The notes beneath the pieces are model-generated. The model made no database searches. It had not been told where the DNA came from and saw nothing but the letters and a program-made list of their open reading frames with translations. From assembly GCA_964016885.1 (NCBI GenBank), contig CAXHJY010001284.1, positions 128,750-192,749 of the forward strand: a DNA stretch of 64,000 nucleotides, in the 5' to 3' direction. Both the position numbers and the translations under genes were made by a program. The stretch comes from Eledone cirrhosa (lineage: Eukaryota). This document shows, piece by piece, positions 38,501-53,500 of the stretch; the first letter of the stretch is position 1; every line of letters begins with the position of its first letter.

Positions 38501-41500
38501 ATACAATAGTATATATAGAATGATGTAAATGTTATGTAAGGTAAAGCCTTTACTAATAAAATACAATAACATATATAAATTAATCTAAATGTTATGTAAG
38601 GTAAAGCCTTTACTGATAAAATACAATAGTATATATAGAGTAATGTAAATGTTATGTAAGGTAAAGCCTTTACTGAGAAAATACAATAGTATATATAGAG
38701 TAATATAAATGTTATGTAAGGTAAAGCCTTTACTGAGAAAATACAATAGTATATATAGAGTAATATAAATGTTATGGAAGGTAAAGCCTTTACTGGGAAA
38801 ATACAATAGTATATATAGAGTAATGTAAATGTTATGTAAGGTAAAGCCTTTACTGAGAAAATACAATAGTATATATAGAGTAATGTAAATGTTATGGAAG
38901 GTAAAGCCTTTACTGAGAAAATACAATAGTATATATAGAGTAATGTAAAAGTTATGTAAGGTAAACCTTTGACTGGGAAAATACAATAGTATATATAGAG
39001 TAATATAAATGTTATGGAAGGTAAAGCCTTTACTGGGAAAATACAATAATATATATAGAGTAATATAAATGTTATGTAAGGTAAAGCCTTTACTGAGAAA
39101 ATACAATAGTATATATAGAGTAATATAAATGTTATGGAAGGTAAAGCCTTTACTGGGAAAATACAATAATATATATAGAGTAATGTAAATGTTATGTAAG
39201 GTAAAGCCTTTACTGAGAAAATACAATAGTATATATAGAGTAATGTAAATATTATGTAAGGTAAACCTTTTACTGGGAAAATACAATAGTATATATAGAG
39301 TAATATAAATGTTATGTAAGGTAAAGCCTTTACTGAGAAAATACAATAGTATATATAGAGTAATATAAATGTTATGGAAGGTAAAGCCTTTACTGGGAAA
39401 ATACATAGTATATATAGAGAAATGTAAATGTTATGTAAGGTAAAGCCTTTACTGAGAAAATACAATAGTATATATAGAGTAATGTAAATGTTATGTAAGG
39501 TAAAGCCTTTACTGAGAAAATACAATAACATATATAAATTAATCTAAATGTTATGTAAGGTAAAGCCTTTACTTAGAAAATACAATAGTATATATAGAGT
39601 AATGTAAATGTTATGTAAGGTAAAGCCTTTACTGAGAAAATACAATAGTATATATAGAGTAATGTAAATGTTATGTAAGGTAAAGCCTTTACTGAGAAAA
39701 TACAATAGTATATATAGAGTAATATAAATGTTATTTAAGGTAAAGCCTTTACTGAGAAAATACAATAGTATATATAGAGTAATATAAATGTTATGGAAGG
39801 TAAAGCCTTTACTGGGAAAATACAATAGTATATATAGAGTAATGTAAATGTTATGTAAGGTAAAGCCTTTACTGAGAAAATACAATAGTATATATAGAGT
39901 AATGTAAATGTTATGGAAGGTAAAGCCTTTACTGAGAAAATACAATAGTATATATAGAGTAATGTAAATGTTATGTAAGGTAAAGCCTTTACGGAGAAAA
40001 TACAATAATGTATATAGAGTAATGTAAATGTTATGTAAGGTAAAGCCTTTACTGAGAAAATACAATAGTATATATAGAGTAATGTAAATGTTATGTAAGG
40101 TAAAGCCTTTACTGGGAAAATACAATAGTATATATAGAGTAATGTAAATGTTATGTAAGGTAAAGCCTTTACTGAGAAAATACAATAGTATATATAGAGT
40201 AATATAAATGTTATGTAAGGTAAAGCCTTTACTGAGAAAATACAATAGTATATATAGAGTAATATAAATATTATGGAAGGTAAAGCCTTTACTGGGAAAA
40301 TACAATAATATATATAGAGTAATGTCAATGTTATGTAAGGTAAAGCCTTTACTGAGAAAATACAATAGTATATATAGAGTAATGTAAATGTTATGTAAGG
40401 TAAACCTTTTACTGGGAAAATACAATAGTATATATAGAGTAATATAAATGTTATGTGAGGTAAAGCCTTTACTGAGAAAATACAATAGTATATATAGAGT
40501 AATATAAATGTTATGGAAGGTAAAGCCTTTACTGGGAAAATACAATAGTATATATAGAGAAATGTAAATGTTATGTAAGGTAAAGCCTTTACTGAGAAAA
40601 TACAATAGTATATATAGAGTAATGTAAATGTTATGTAAGGTAAAGCCTTTACTGAGAAAATACAATAACATATATAAATTAATCTAAATGTTATGTAAGG
40701 TAAAGCCTTTACTTAGAAAATACAATAGTATATATAGAGTAATGTAAATGTTATGTAAGGTAAAGCCTTTACTGAGAAAATACAATAGTATATATAGAGT
40801 AATGTAAATGTTATGTAAGGTAAAGCCTTTACTGAGAAAATACAATAGTATATATAGAGTAATGTAAATGTTATGGAAGGTAAAGCCTTTACTGGGAAAA
40901 TACAATAATATATATAGAGTAATATAAATGTTATGTAAGGTAAAGCCTTTACTGAGAAAATACAATAGTATATATAGAGTAATATAAATGTTATGGAAGG
41001 TAAAGCCTTTACTGGGAAAATACAATAATATATATAGAGTAATGTAAATGTTATGTAAGGTAAAGCCTTTACTGAGAAAATACAATAGTATATATAGAGT
41101 AATGTAAATGTTATGTAAGGTAAACCTTTTACTGGGAAAATACAATAGTATATATAGAGTAATATAAATGTTATGTAAGGTAAAGCCTTTACTGAGAAAA
41201 TACAATAGTATATATAGAGTAATATAAATGTTATGGAAGGTAAAGCCTTTACTGGGAAAATACATAGTATATATAGAGAAATGTAAATGTTATGTAAGGT
41301 AAAGCCTTTACTGAGAAAATACAATAGTATATATAGAGTAATGTAAATGTTATGTAAGGTAAAGCCTTTACTGAGAAAATACAATAACATATATAAATTA
41401 ATCTAAATGTTATGTAAGGTAAAGCCTTTACTTAGAAAATACAATAGTATATATAGAGTAATGTAAATGTTATGTAAGGTAAAGCCTTTACTGAGAAAAT

Positions 41501-44500
41501 ACAATAGTATATATAGAGTAATGTAAATGTTATGTAAGGTAAAGCCTTTACTGAGAAAATACAATAGTATATATAGAGTAATATAAATGTTATTTAAGGT
41601 AAAGCCTTTACTGAGAAAATACAATAGTATATATAGAGTAATATAAATGTTATGGAAGGTAAAGCCTTTACTGGGAAAATACAATAGTATATATAGAGTA
41701 ATGTAAATGTTATGTAAGGTAAAGCCTTTACTGAGAAAATACAATAGTATATATAGAGTAATGTAAATGTTATGGAAGGTAAAGCCTTTACTGAGAAAAT
41801 ACAATAGTATATATAGAGTAATGTAAATGTTATGTAAGGTAAAGCCTTTACGGAGAAAATACAATAATGTATATAGAGTAATGTAAATGTTATGTAAGGT
41901 AAAGCCTTTACTGAGAAAATACAATAGTATATATAGAGTAATGTAAATGTTATGTAAGGTAAAGCCTTTACTGGGAAAATACAATAGTATATATAGAGTA
42001 ATATAAATGTTATGTAAGGTAAAGCCTTTACTGAGAAAATACAATAGTATATATAGAGTAATATAAATATTATGGAAGGTAAAGCCTTTACTGGGAAAAT
42101 ACAATAATATATATAGAGTAATGTCAATGTTATGTAAGGTAAAGCCTTTACTGAGAAAATACAATAGTATATATAGAGTAATGTAAATGTTATGTAAGGT
42201 AAACCTTTTACTGGGAAAATACAATAGTATATATAGAGTAATATAAATGTTATGTGAGGTAAAGCCTTTACTGAGAAAATACAATAGTATATATAGAGTA
42301 ATATAAATGTTATGGAAGGTAAAGCCTTTACTGGGAAAATACAATAGTATATATAGAGAAATGTAAATGTTATGTAAGGTAAAGCCTTTACTGAGAAAAT
42401 ACAATAGTATATATAGAGTAATGTAAATGTTATGTAAGGTAAAGCCTTTACTGAGAAAATACAATAACATATATAAATTAATCTAAATGTTATGTAAGGT
42501 AAAGCCTTTACTTAGAAAATACAATAGTATATATAGAGTAATGTAAATGTTATGTAAGGTAAAGCCTTTACTGAGAAAATACAATAGTATATATAGAGTA
42601 ATGTAAATGTTATGTAAGGTAAAGCCTTTACTGAGAAAATACAATAGTATATATAGAGTAATGTAAATGTTATGGAAGGTAAAGCCTTTACTGAGAAAAT
42701 ACAATAGTATATATAGAGTAATGTAAATGTTATGTAAGGTAAAGCCTTTACTGAGAAAATACAATAGTATATATAGAGTAATGTAAATGTTATGTAAGGT
42801 AAAAGCCTTTACTGAGAAAATACAATAGTATATATAGAGTAATGTAAATGTTATGTAAGGTAAAGCCTTTACGGAGAAAATACAATAATATATATAGAGT
42901 AATGTAAATGTTATGTAAGGTAAAGCCTTTACTGAGAAAATACAATAGTATATATAGAGTAATGTAAATGTTATGTAAAGTAAAGCCTTTACTGAGAAAA
43001 TACAATAGTATATATAGAGTAATGTAAATGTTATGTAAGGTAAAGCCTTTACTGGGAAAATACAATAGTATATATAGAGTAATTTAAATGTTATGTAAGG
43101 TAAAGCCTTTACTGAGAAAATACAATAGTATATATAGAGTAATGTAAATGTTATGTAACGTAAAGCCTTTACTGGGAAAATACAATAGTATATATAGAGT
43201 AATGTAAATGTTATGTAAGGTAAAGCCTTTACTGAGAAAATACAATAGTATATATAGAGTAATGTAAATGTTATGTAAGGTAAAGCCTTTACTGAGAAAA
43301 TACAATAACATATATAGAGTAATGTAAATGTTATGTAAGGTAAAGCCTTTACTGAGAAAATACAATAGTATATATAGAGTAATATAAATGTTATGGAAGA
43401 TAAAGCCTTTACTGAGAAAATACAATAGTATATATAGAGTAATGTAAATGTTATGTAAGGTAAAGCCTTTACTGAGAAAATACAATAGTATATATAGAGT
43501 AATATAAATGTTATGTAAGGTAAAGCCTTTACTGAGAAAATACAATAGTATATATAGAGTAATATAAATGTTATGGAAGGTAAAGCCTTTACTGGGAAAA
43601 TACAATAGTATATATAGAGTAATGTAAATGTTATGTAAGGTAAAGCCTTTACTGAGAAAATACAATAGTATATATAGAGTAATGTAAATGTTATGTAAGG
43701 TAAAGCCTTTACTGAGAAAATACAATAACATATATAGAGTAATGTAAATGTTATGTAAGGTAAAGCCTTTACTGAGAAAATACAATAGTATATATAGAGT
43801 AATATAAATGTTATGGAAGATAAAGCCTTTACTGAGAAAATACAATAGTATATATAGAGTAATGTAAATGTTATGTAAGGTAAAGCCTTTACTGAGAAAA
43901 TACAATAGTATATATAGAGTAATGTAAATGTTATGTAAGGTAAAGCCTTTACTGAGAAAATACAATAACATATATAAATTAATCTAAATGTTATGTAAGG
44001 TAAAGCCTTTACTTAGAAAATACAATAGTATATATAGAGTAATGTAAATGTTATGTAAGGTAAAGCCTTTACTGAGAAAATACAATAGTATATATAGAGT
44101 AATGTAAATGTTATGTAAGGTAAAGCCTTTACTGAGAAAATACAATAGTATATATAGAGTAATGTAAATGTTATGGAAGGTAAAGCCTTTACTGAGAAAA
44201 TACAATAGTATATATAGAGTAATGTAAATGTTATGTAAGGTAAAGCCTTTACTGAGAAAATACAATAGTATATATAGAGTAATGTAAATGTTATGTAAGG
44301 TAAAAGCCTTTACTGAGAAAATACAATAGTATATATAGAGTAATGTAAATGTTATGTAAGGTAAAGCCTTTACGGAGAAAATACAATAATATATATAGAG
44401 TAATGTAAATGTTATGTAAGGTAAAGCCTTTACTGAGAAAATACAATAGTATATATAGAGTAATGTAAATGTTATGTAAAGTAAAGCCTTTACTGAGAAA

Positions 44501-47500
44501 ATACAATAGTATATATAGAGTAATGTAAATGTTATGTAAGGTAAAGCCTTTACTGGGAAAATACAATAGTATATATAGAGTAATTTAAATGTTATGTAAG
44601 GTAAAGCCTTTACTGAGAAAATACAATAGTATATATAGAGTAATGTAAATGTTATGTAACGTAAAGCCTTTACTGGGAAAATACAATAGTATATATAGAG
44701 TAATGTAAATGTTATGTAAGGTAAAGCCTTTACTGAGAAAATACAATAGTATATATAGAGTAATGTAAATGTTATGTAAGGTAAAGCCTTTACTGAGAAA
44801 ATACAATAACATATATAGAGTAATGTAAATGTTATGTAAGGTAAAGCCTTTACTGAGAAAATACAATAGTATATATAGAGTAATATAAATGTTATGGAAG
44901 ATAAAGCCTTTACTGAGAAAATACAATAGTATATATAGAGTAATGTAAATGTTATGTAAGGTAAAGTCTTTACTGAGAAAATACAATAGTATATATAGAG
45001 TAATATAAATGTTATGTAAGGTAAAGCCTTTACTGAGAAAATACAATAGTGTATATAGAGTAATATAAATGTTATGGAAGGTAAAGCCTTTACTGGGAAA
45101 ATACAATAGTATATATAGAGTAATGTAAATGTTATGTAAGGTAAAGCCTTTACTGAGAAAATACAATAGTATATATAGAGTAATGTAAATGTTATGTAAG
45201 GTAAAGCCTTTACTGAGAAAATACAATAGTATATATAGAGTAATGTAAATGTTATGTAAGGTAAAAGCCTTTACTGAGAAAATACAATAGTATATATAGA
45301 GTAATGTAAATGTTATGTAAGGTAAAGCCTTTACGGAGAAAATACAATAATATATATAGAGTAATGTAAATGTTATGTAAGGTAAAGCCTTTACTGGGAA
45401 AATACAATAGTATATATAGAGTAATTTAAATGTTATGTAAAGTAAAGCCTTTACTGAGAAAATACAATAGTATATATAGAGTAATGTAAATGTTATGTAA
45501 CGTAAAGCCTTTACTGGGAAAATACAATAGTATATATAGAGTAATGTAAATGTTATGTAAGGTAAAGCCTTTACTGAGAAAATACAATAGTATATATAGA
45601 GTAATGTAAATGTTATGGAAGGTAAAGCCTTTACTGAGAAGATACAATAGTATATATAGAGTAATGTAAATGTTATGTAAGGTAAAGCCTTTACTGAGAA
45701 AATACAATAGTATATATAGAGTAATGTAAATGTTATGTAAGGTAAAGCCTTTACTGGGAAAATACAATAGTATATATAGAGTAATGTAAATGTTATGTAA
45801 GGTAAAGCCTTTACTGAGAAAATACAATAGTATATATAGAGTAATGTAAATGTTATGTAAGGTAAAGCCTTTACTGAGAAAATACAATAGTATATATAGA
45901 GTAATGTAAATGTTATGTAAGGTAAAGCCTTTACCGAGAAAATACAATAGTATATATAGAGTAATGTAAATGTTATGTAAGGTAAAGCCTTTACTGAGAA
46001 AATACAATAACATATATAGAGTAATGTAAATGTTATGTAAGGTAAAGCCTTTACTGAGAAAATACAATAGTATATATAGAGTAATATAAATGTTATGGAA
46101 GATAAAGCCTTTACTGAGAAAATACAATAGTATATATAGAGTAATGTAAATGTTATGTAAGGTAAAGCCTTTACTGAGAAAATACAATAACATATATAGA
46201 GTAATCTAAATGTTATGTAAGGTAAAGCCTTTACTGAGAAAATACAATAGTATATATAGAGTAATGTAAATTTTATGTAAGGTAAAGCCTTTACTGAGAA
46301 AATACAATAGTATATATAGAGTAATGTAAATGTTATGTAAGGTAAAAGCCTTTACTGAGAAAATACAATAGTATATATAGAGTAATGTAAATGTTATGTA
46401 AGGTAAAGCCTTTACGGAGAAAATACAATAATATATATAGAGTAATGTAAATGTTATGTAAGGTAAAGCCTTTACTGAGAAAATACAATAATATATATAG
46501 AGTAATGTAAATGTTATGTAAGGTAAAGCCTTTACTGAGAAAATACAATAGTATATATAGAGTAATGTAAATGTTATGTAAAGTAAAGCCTTTACTGAGA
46601 AAATACAATAGTATATATAGAGTAATGTAAATGTTATGTAAGGTAAAGCCTTTACTGGGAAAATACAATAGTATATATAGAGTAATTTAAATGTTATGTA
46701 AGGTAAAGCCTTTACTGAGAAAATACAATAGTATATATAGAGTAATGTAAATGTTATGTAACGTAAAGCCTTTACTGGGAAAATACAATAGTATATATAG
46801 AGTAATGTAAATGTTATGTAAGGTAAAGCCTTTACTGAGAAAATACAATAGTATATATAGAGTAATGTAAATGTTATGTAAGGTAAAGCCTTTACTGAGA
46901 AAATACAATAGTATATATAGAGTAATGTAAATGTTATGTAAGGTAAAGCCTTTACTGAGAAAATACAATAGTATATATAGAGTAATGTGAATGTTATGTA
47001 AGGTAAAGCCTTTACTGAGAAAATACAATAACATATATAGAGTAATGTAAATGTTATGTAAGGTAAAGCCTTTACTGAGAAAATACAATAGTATATATAG
47101 AGTAATATAAATGTTATGGAAGATAAAGCCTTTACTGAGAAAATACAATAGTATATATAGAGTAATGTAAATGTTATGTAAGGTAAAGCCTTTACTGAGA
47201 AAATACAATAGTATATATAGAGTAATATAAATGTTATGTAAGGTAAAGCCTTTACTGAGAAAATACAATAGTATATATAGAGTAATATAAATGTTATGGA
47301 AGGTAAAGCCTTTACTGGGAAAATACAATAGTATATATAGAGTAATGTAAATGTTATGTAAGGTAAAGCCTTTACTGAGAAAATACAATAACATATATAG
47401 AGTAATGTAAATGTTATGTAAGGTAAAGCCTTTACTGAGAAAATACAATAGTATATATAGAGTAATATAAATGTTATGGAAGATAAAGCCTTTACTGAGA

Positions 47501-50500
47501 AAATACAATAGTATATATAGAGTAATGTAAATGTTATGTAAGGTAAAGCCTTTACTGAGAAAATACAATAGTATATATAGAGTAATATAAATGTTATGTA
47601 AGGTAAAGCCTTTACTGAGAAAATACAATAGTATATATAGAGTAATATAAATGTTATGGAAGGTAAAGCCTTTACTGGGAAAATACAATAGTATATATAG
47701 AGTAATGTAAATGTTATGTAAGGTAAAGCCTTTACTGAGAAAATACAATAGTATATATAGAGTAATGTAAATGTTATGGAAGGTAAAGCCTTTACTGAGA
47801 AAATACAATAGTATATATAGAGTAATGTAAATGTTATGTAAGGTAAAGCCTTTACTGAGAAAATACAATAGTATATATAGAGTAATGTAAATGTTATGTA
47901 AGGTAAAGCCTTTACTGAGAAAATACAATAGTATATATAGAGTAATATAAATGTTATGTAAGGTAAAGCCTTTACTGAGAAAATACAATAGTATATATAG
48001 AGTAATATAAATGTTATGGAAGGTAAAGCCTTTACTGGGAAAATACAATAGTATATATAGAGTAATGTAAATGTTATGTAAGGTAAAGCCTTTACTGAGA
48101 AAATACAATAGTATATATAGAGTAATGTAAATGTTATGGAAGGTAAAGCCTTTACTGAGAAAATACAATAGTATATATAGAGTAATGTAAATGTTATGTA
48201 AGGTAAAGCCTTTACTGAGAAAATACAATAGTATATATAGAGTAATGTAAATGTTATGTAAGGTAAAAGCCTTTACTGAGAAAATACAATAGTATATATA
48301 GAGTAATGTAAATGTTATGTAAGGTAAAGCCTTTACGGAGAAAATACAATAATATATATAGAGTAATGTAAATATTATGTAAGGTAAAGCCTTTACTGAG
48401 AAAATACAATAGTATATATAGAGTAATGTAAATGTTATGTAAAGTAAAGCCTTTACTGAGAAAATACAATAGTATATATAGAGTAATGTAAATGTTATGT
48501 AAGGTAAAGCATTTACTGGGAAAATACAATAGTATATATAGAGTAATTTAAATGTTATGTAAGGTAAAGCCTTTACTGAGAAAATACAATAGTATATATA
48601 GAGTAATGTAAATGTTATGTAACGTAAAGCCTTTACTGGGAAAATACAATAGTATATATAGAGTAATGTAAATGTTATGTAAGGTAAAGCCTTTACTGAG
48701 AAAATACAATAGTATATATAGAGTAATGTAAATGTTATGGAAGGTAAAGCCTTTACTGAGAAGATACAATAGTATATATAGAGTAATGTAAATGTTATGT
48801 AAGGTAAAGCCTTTACTGAGAAAATACAATAGTATATATAGAGTAATGTAAATGTTATGTAAGGTAAAGCCTTTACTGAGAAAATACAATAGTATATATA
48901 GAGTAGTGTAAATGTTATGTAAGGTAAAGCCTTTACTGAGAAAATACAATAGTATATATAGAGTAATGTAAATGTTATGTAAGGTAAAGCCTTTACTGAG
49001 AAAATACAATAACATATATAGAGTAATGTAAATGTTATGTAAGGTAAAGCCTTTACTGAGAAAATACAATAGTATATATAGAGTAATATAAATGTTATGG
49101 AAGATAAAGCCTTTACTGAGAAAATACAATAGTATATATAGAGTAATGTAAATGTTATGTAAGGTAAAGTCTTTACTGAGAAAATACAATAGTATATATA
49201 GAGTAATATAAATGTTATGTAAGGTAAAGCCTTTACTGAGAAAATACAATAGTGTATATAGAGTAATATAAATGTTATGGAAGGTAAAGCCTTTACTGGG
49301 AAAATACAATAGTATATATAGAGTAATGTAAATGTTATGTAAGGTAAAGCCTTTACTGAGAAAATACAATAGTATATATAGAGTAATGTAAATGTTATGT
49401 AAGGTAAAGCCTTTACTGAGAAAATACAATAGTATATATAGAGTAATGTAAATGTTATGTAAGGTAAAAGCCTTTACTGAGAAAATACAATAGTATATAT
49501 AGAGTAATGTAAATGTTATGTAAGGTAAAGCCTTTACGGAGAAAATACAATAATATATATAGAGTAATGTAAATGTTATGTAAGGTAAAGCCTTTACTGG
49601 GAAAATACAATAGTATATATAGAGTAATTTAAATGTTATGTAAAGTAAAGCCTTTACTGAGAAAATACAATAGTATATATAGAGTAATGTAAATGTTATG
49701 TAACGTAAAGCCTTTACTGGGAAAATACAATAGTATATATAGAGTAATGTAAATGTTATGTAAGGTAAAGCCTTTACTGAGAAAATACAATAGTATATAT
49801 AGAGTAATGTAAATGTTATGGAAGGTAAAGCCTTTACTGAGAAGATACAATAGTATATATAGAGTAATGTAAATGTTATGTAAGGTAAAGCCTTTACTGA
49901 GAAAATACAATAGTATATATAGAGTAATGTAAATGTTATGTAAGGTAAAGCCTTTACTGGGAAAATACAATAGTATATATAGAGTAATGTAAATGTTATG
50001 TAAGGTAAAGCCTTTACTGAGAAAATACAATAGTATATATAGAGTAATGTAAATGTTATGTAAGGTAAAGCCTTTACTGAGAAAATACAATAGTATATAT
50101 AGAGTAATGTAAATGTTATGTAAGGTAAAGCCTTTACCGAGAAAATACAATAGTATGTATAGAGTAATGTAAATGTTATGTAAGGTAAAGCCTTTACTGA
50201 GAAAATACAATAACATATATAGAGTAATGTAAATGTTATGTAAGGTAAAGCCTTTACTGAGAAAATACAATAGTATATATAGAGTAATATAAATGTTATG
50301 GAAGATAAAGCCTTTACTGAGAAAATACAATAGTATATATAGAGTAATGTAAATGTTATGTAAGGTAAAGCCTTTACTGAGAAAATACAATAACATATAT
50401 AGAGTAATCTAAATGTTATGTAAGGTAAAGCCTTTACTGAGAAAATACAATAGTATATATAGAGTAATGTAAATTTTATGTAAGGTAAAGCCTTTACTGA

Positions 50501-53500
50501 GAAAATACAATAGTATATATAGAGTAATGTAAATGTTATGTAAGGTAAAGCCTTTACTGAGAAAATACAATAGTATATATAGAGTAATATAAATGTTATG
50601 GAAGGTAAAGCCTTTACTGAGAAAATACAATAGTATATATAGAGTAATGTAAATGTTATGGAAGGTAAAGCCTTTACTGAGAAAATACAATAGTATATAT
50701 AGAGTAATATAAATGTTATGTAAGGTAAAGCCTTTACTGAGAAAATACAATAGTATATATAGAGTAATATAAATGTTATGGAAGGTAAAGCCTTTACTGG
50801 GAAAATACAATAATATATATAGAGTAATGTAAATGTTATGTAAGGTAAAGCCTTTACTGAGAAAATACAATAGTATATATAGAGTAATGTAAATGTTATG
50901 TAAGGTAAACCTTTTACTGGGAAAATACAATAGTATATATAGAGTAATATAAATGTTATGTAAGGTAAAGCCTTTACTGAGAAAATACAATAGTATATAT
51001 AGAGTAATATAAATGTTATGGAAGGTAAAGCCTTTACTGGGAAAATACAATAGTATATATAGAGAAATGTAAATGTTATGTAAGGTAAAGCCTTTACTGA
51101 GAAAATACAATAGTATATATAGAGTAATGTAAATGTTATGTAAGGTAAAGCCTTTACTGAGAAAATACAATAACATATATAAATTAATCTAAATGTTATG
51201 TAAGGTAAAGCCTTTACTTAGAAAATACAATAGTATATATAGAGTAATGTAAATGTTATGTAAGGTAAAGCCTTTACTGAGAAAATACAATAGTATATAT
51301 AGAGTAATGTAAATGTTATGTAAGGTAAAGCCTTTACTGAGAAAATACAATAGTATATATAGAGTAATGTAAATGTTATGTAAGGTAAAGCCTTTACTTA
51401 GAAAATACAATAGTATATATCGAGTAATGTAAATGTTATGTAAGGTAAACCTTTTACTGGGAAAATACAATAGTATATATAGAATGATGTAAATGTTATG
51501 GAAGGTAAAGCCTTTACTGAGAAGATACAATAGTATATATAGAGTAATGTAAATGTTATGTAAGGTAAAGCCTTTACTGAGAAAATACAATAGTATATAT
51601 AGAGTAATGTAAATGTTATGTAAGGTAAACCTTTTACTGGGAAAATACAATAGTATATATAGAATGATGTAAATGTTATGTAAGGTAAAGCCTTTACTAA
51701 TAAAATACAATAACATATATAAATTAATCTAAATGTTATGTAAGGTAAAGCCTTTACTGAGAAAATACAATAGTATATATAGAGTAATATAAATGTTATG
51801 TAAGGTAAAGCCTTTACTGAGAAAATACAATAGTATATATAGAGTAATATAAATGTTATGGAAGGTAAAGCCTTTACTGGGAAAATACAATAGTATATAT
51901 AGAGTAATGTAAATGTTATGTAAGGTAAAGCCTTTACTGAGAAAATACAATAGTATATATAGAGTAATGTAAATGTTATGGAAGGTAAAGCCTTTACTGA
52001 GAAAATACAATAGTATATATAGAGTAATGTAAAAGTTATGTAAGGTAAACCTTTGACTGGGAAAATACAATAGTATATATAGAGTAATATAAATGTTATG
52101 GAAGGTAAAGCCTTTACTGGGAAAATACAATAATATATATAGAGTAATATAAATGTTATGTAAGGTAAAGCCTTTACTGAGAAAATACAATAGTATATAT
52201 AGAGTAATATAAATGTTATGGAAGGTAAAGCCTTTACTGGGAAAATACAATAATATATATAGAGTAATGTAAATGTTATGTAAGGTAAAGCCTTTACTGA
52301 GAAAATACAATAGTATATATAGAGTAATGTAAATGTTATGTAAGGTAAACCTTTTACTGGGAAAATACAATAGTATATATAGAGTAATATAAATGTTATG
52401 TAAGGTAAAGCCTTTACTGAGAAAATACAATAGTATATATAGAGTAATATAAATGTTATGGAAGGTAAAGCCTTTACTGGGAAAATACATAGTATATATA
52501 GAGAAATGTAAATGTTATGTAAGGTAAAGCCTTTACTGAGAAAATACAATAGTATATATAGAGTAATGTAAATGTTATGTAAGGTAAAGCCTTTACTGAG
52601 AAAATACAATAACATATATAAATTAATCTAAATGTTATGTAAGGTAAAGCCTTTACTTAGAAAATACAATAGTATATATAGAGTAATGTAAATGTTATGT
52701 AAGGTAAAGCCTTTACTGAGAAAATACAATAGTATATATAGAGTAATGTAAATGTTATGTAAGGTAAAGCCTTTACTGAGAAAATACAATAGTATATATA
52801 GAGTAATATAAATGTTATTTAAGGTAAAGCCTTTACTGAGAAAATACAATAGTATATATAGAGTAATATAAATGTTATGGAAGGTAAAGCCTTTACTGGG
52901 AAAATACAATAGTATATATAGAGTAATGTAAATGTTATGTAAGGTAAAGCCTTTACTGAGAAAATACAATAGTATATATAGAGTAATGTAAATGTTATGG
53001 AAGGTAAAGCCTTTACTGAGAAAATACAATAGTATATATAGAGTAATGTAAATGTTATGTAAGGTAAAGCCTTTACGGAGAAAATACAATAATGTATATA
53101 GAGTAATGTAAATGTTATGTAAGGTAAAGCCTTTACTGAGAAAATACAATAGTATATATAGAGTAATGTAAATGTTATGTAAGGTAAAGCCTTTACTGGG
53201 AAAATACAATAGTATATATAGAGTAATGTAAATGTTATGTAAGGTAAAGCCTTTACTGAGAAAATACAATAGTATATATAGAGTAATATAAATGTTATGT
53301 AAGGTAAAGCCTTTACTGAGAAAATACAATAGTATATATAGAGTAATATAAATATTATGGAAGGTAAAGCCTTTACTGGGAAAATACAATAATATATATA
53401 GAGTAATGTCAATGTTATGTAAGGTAAAGCCTTTACTGAGAAAATACAATAGTATATATAGAGTAATGTAAATGTTATGTAAGGTAAACCTTTTACTGGG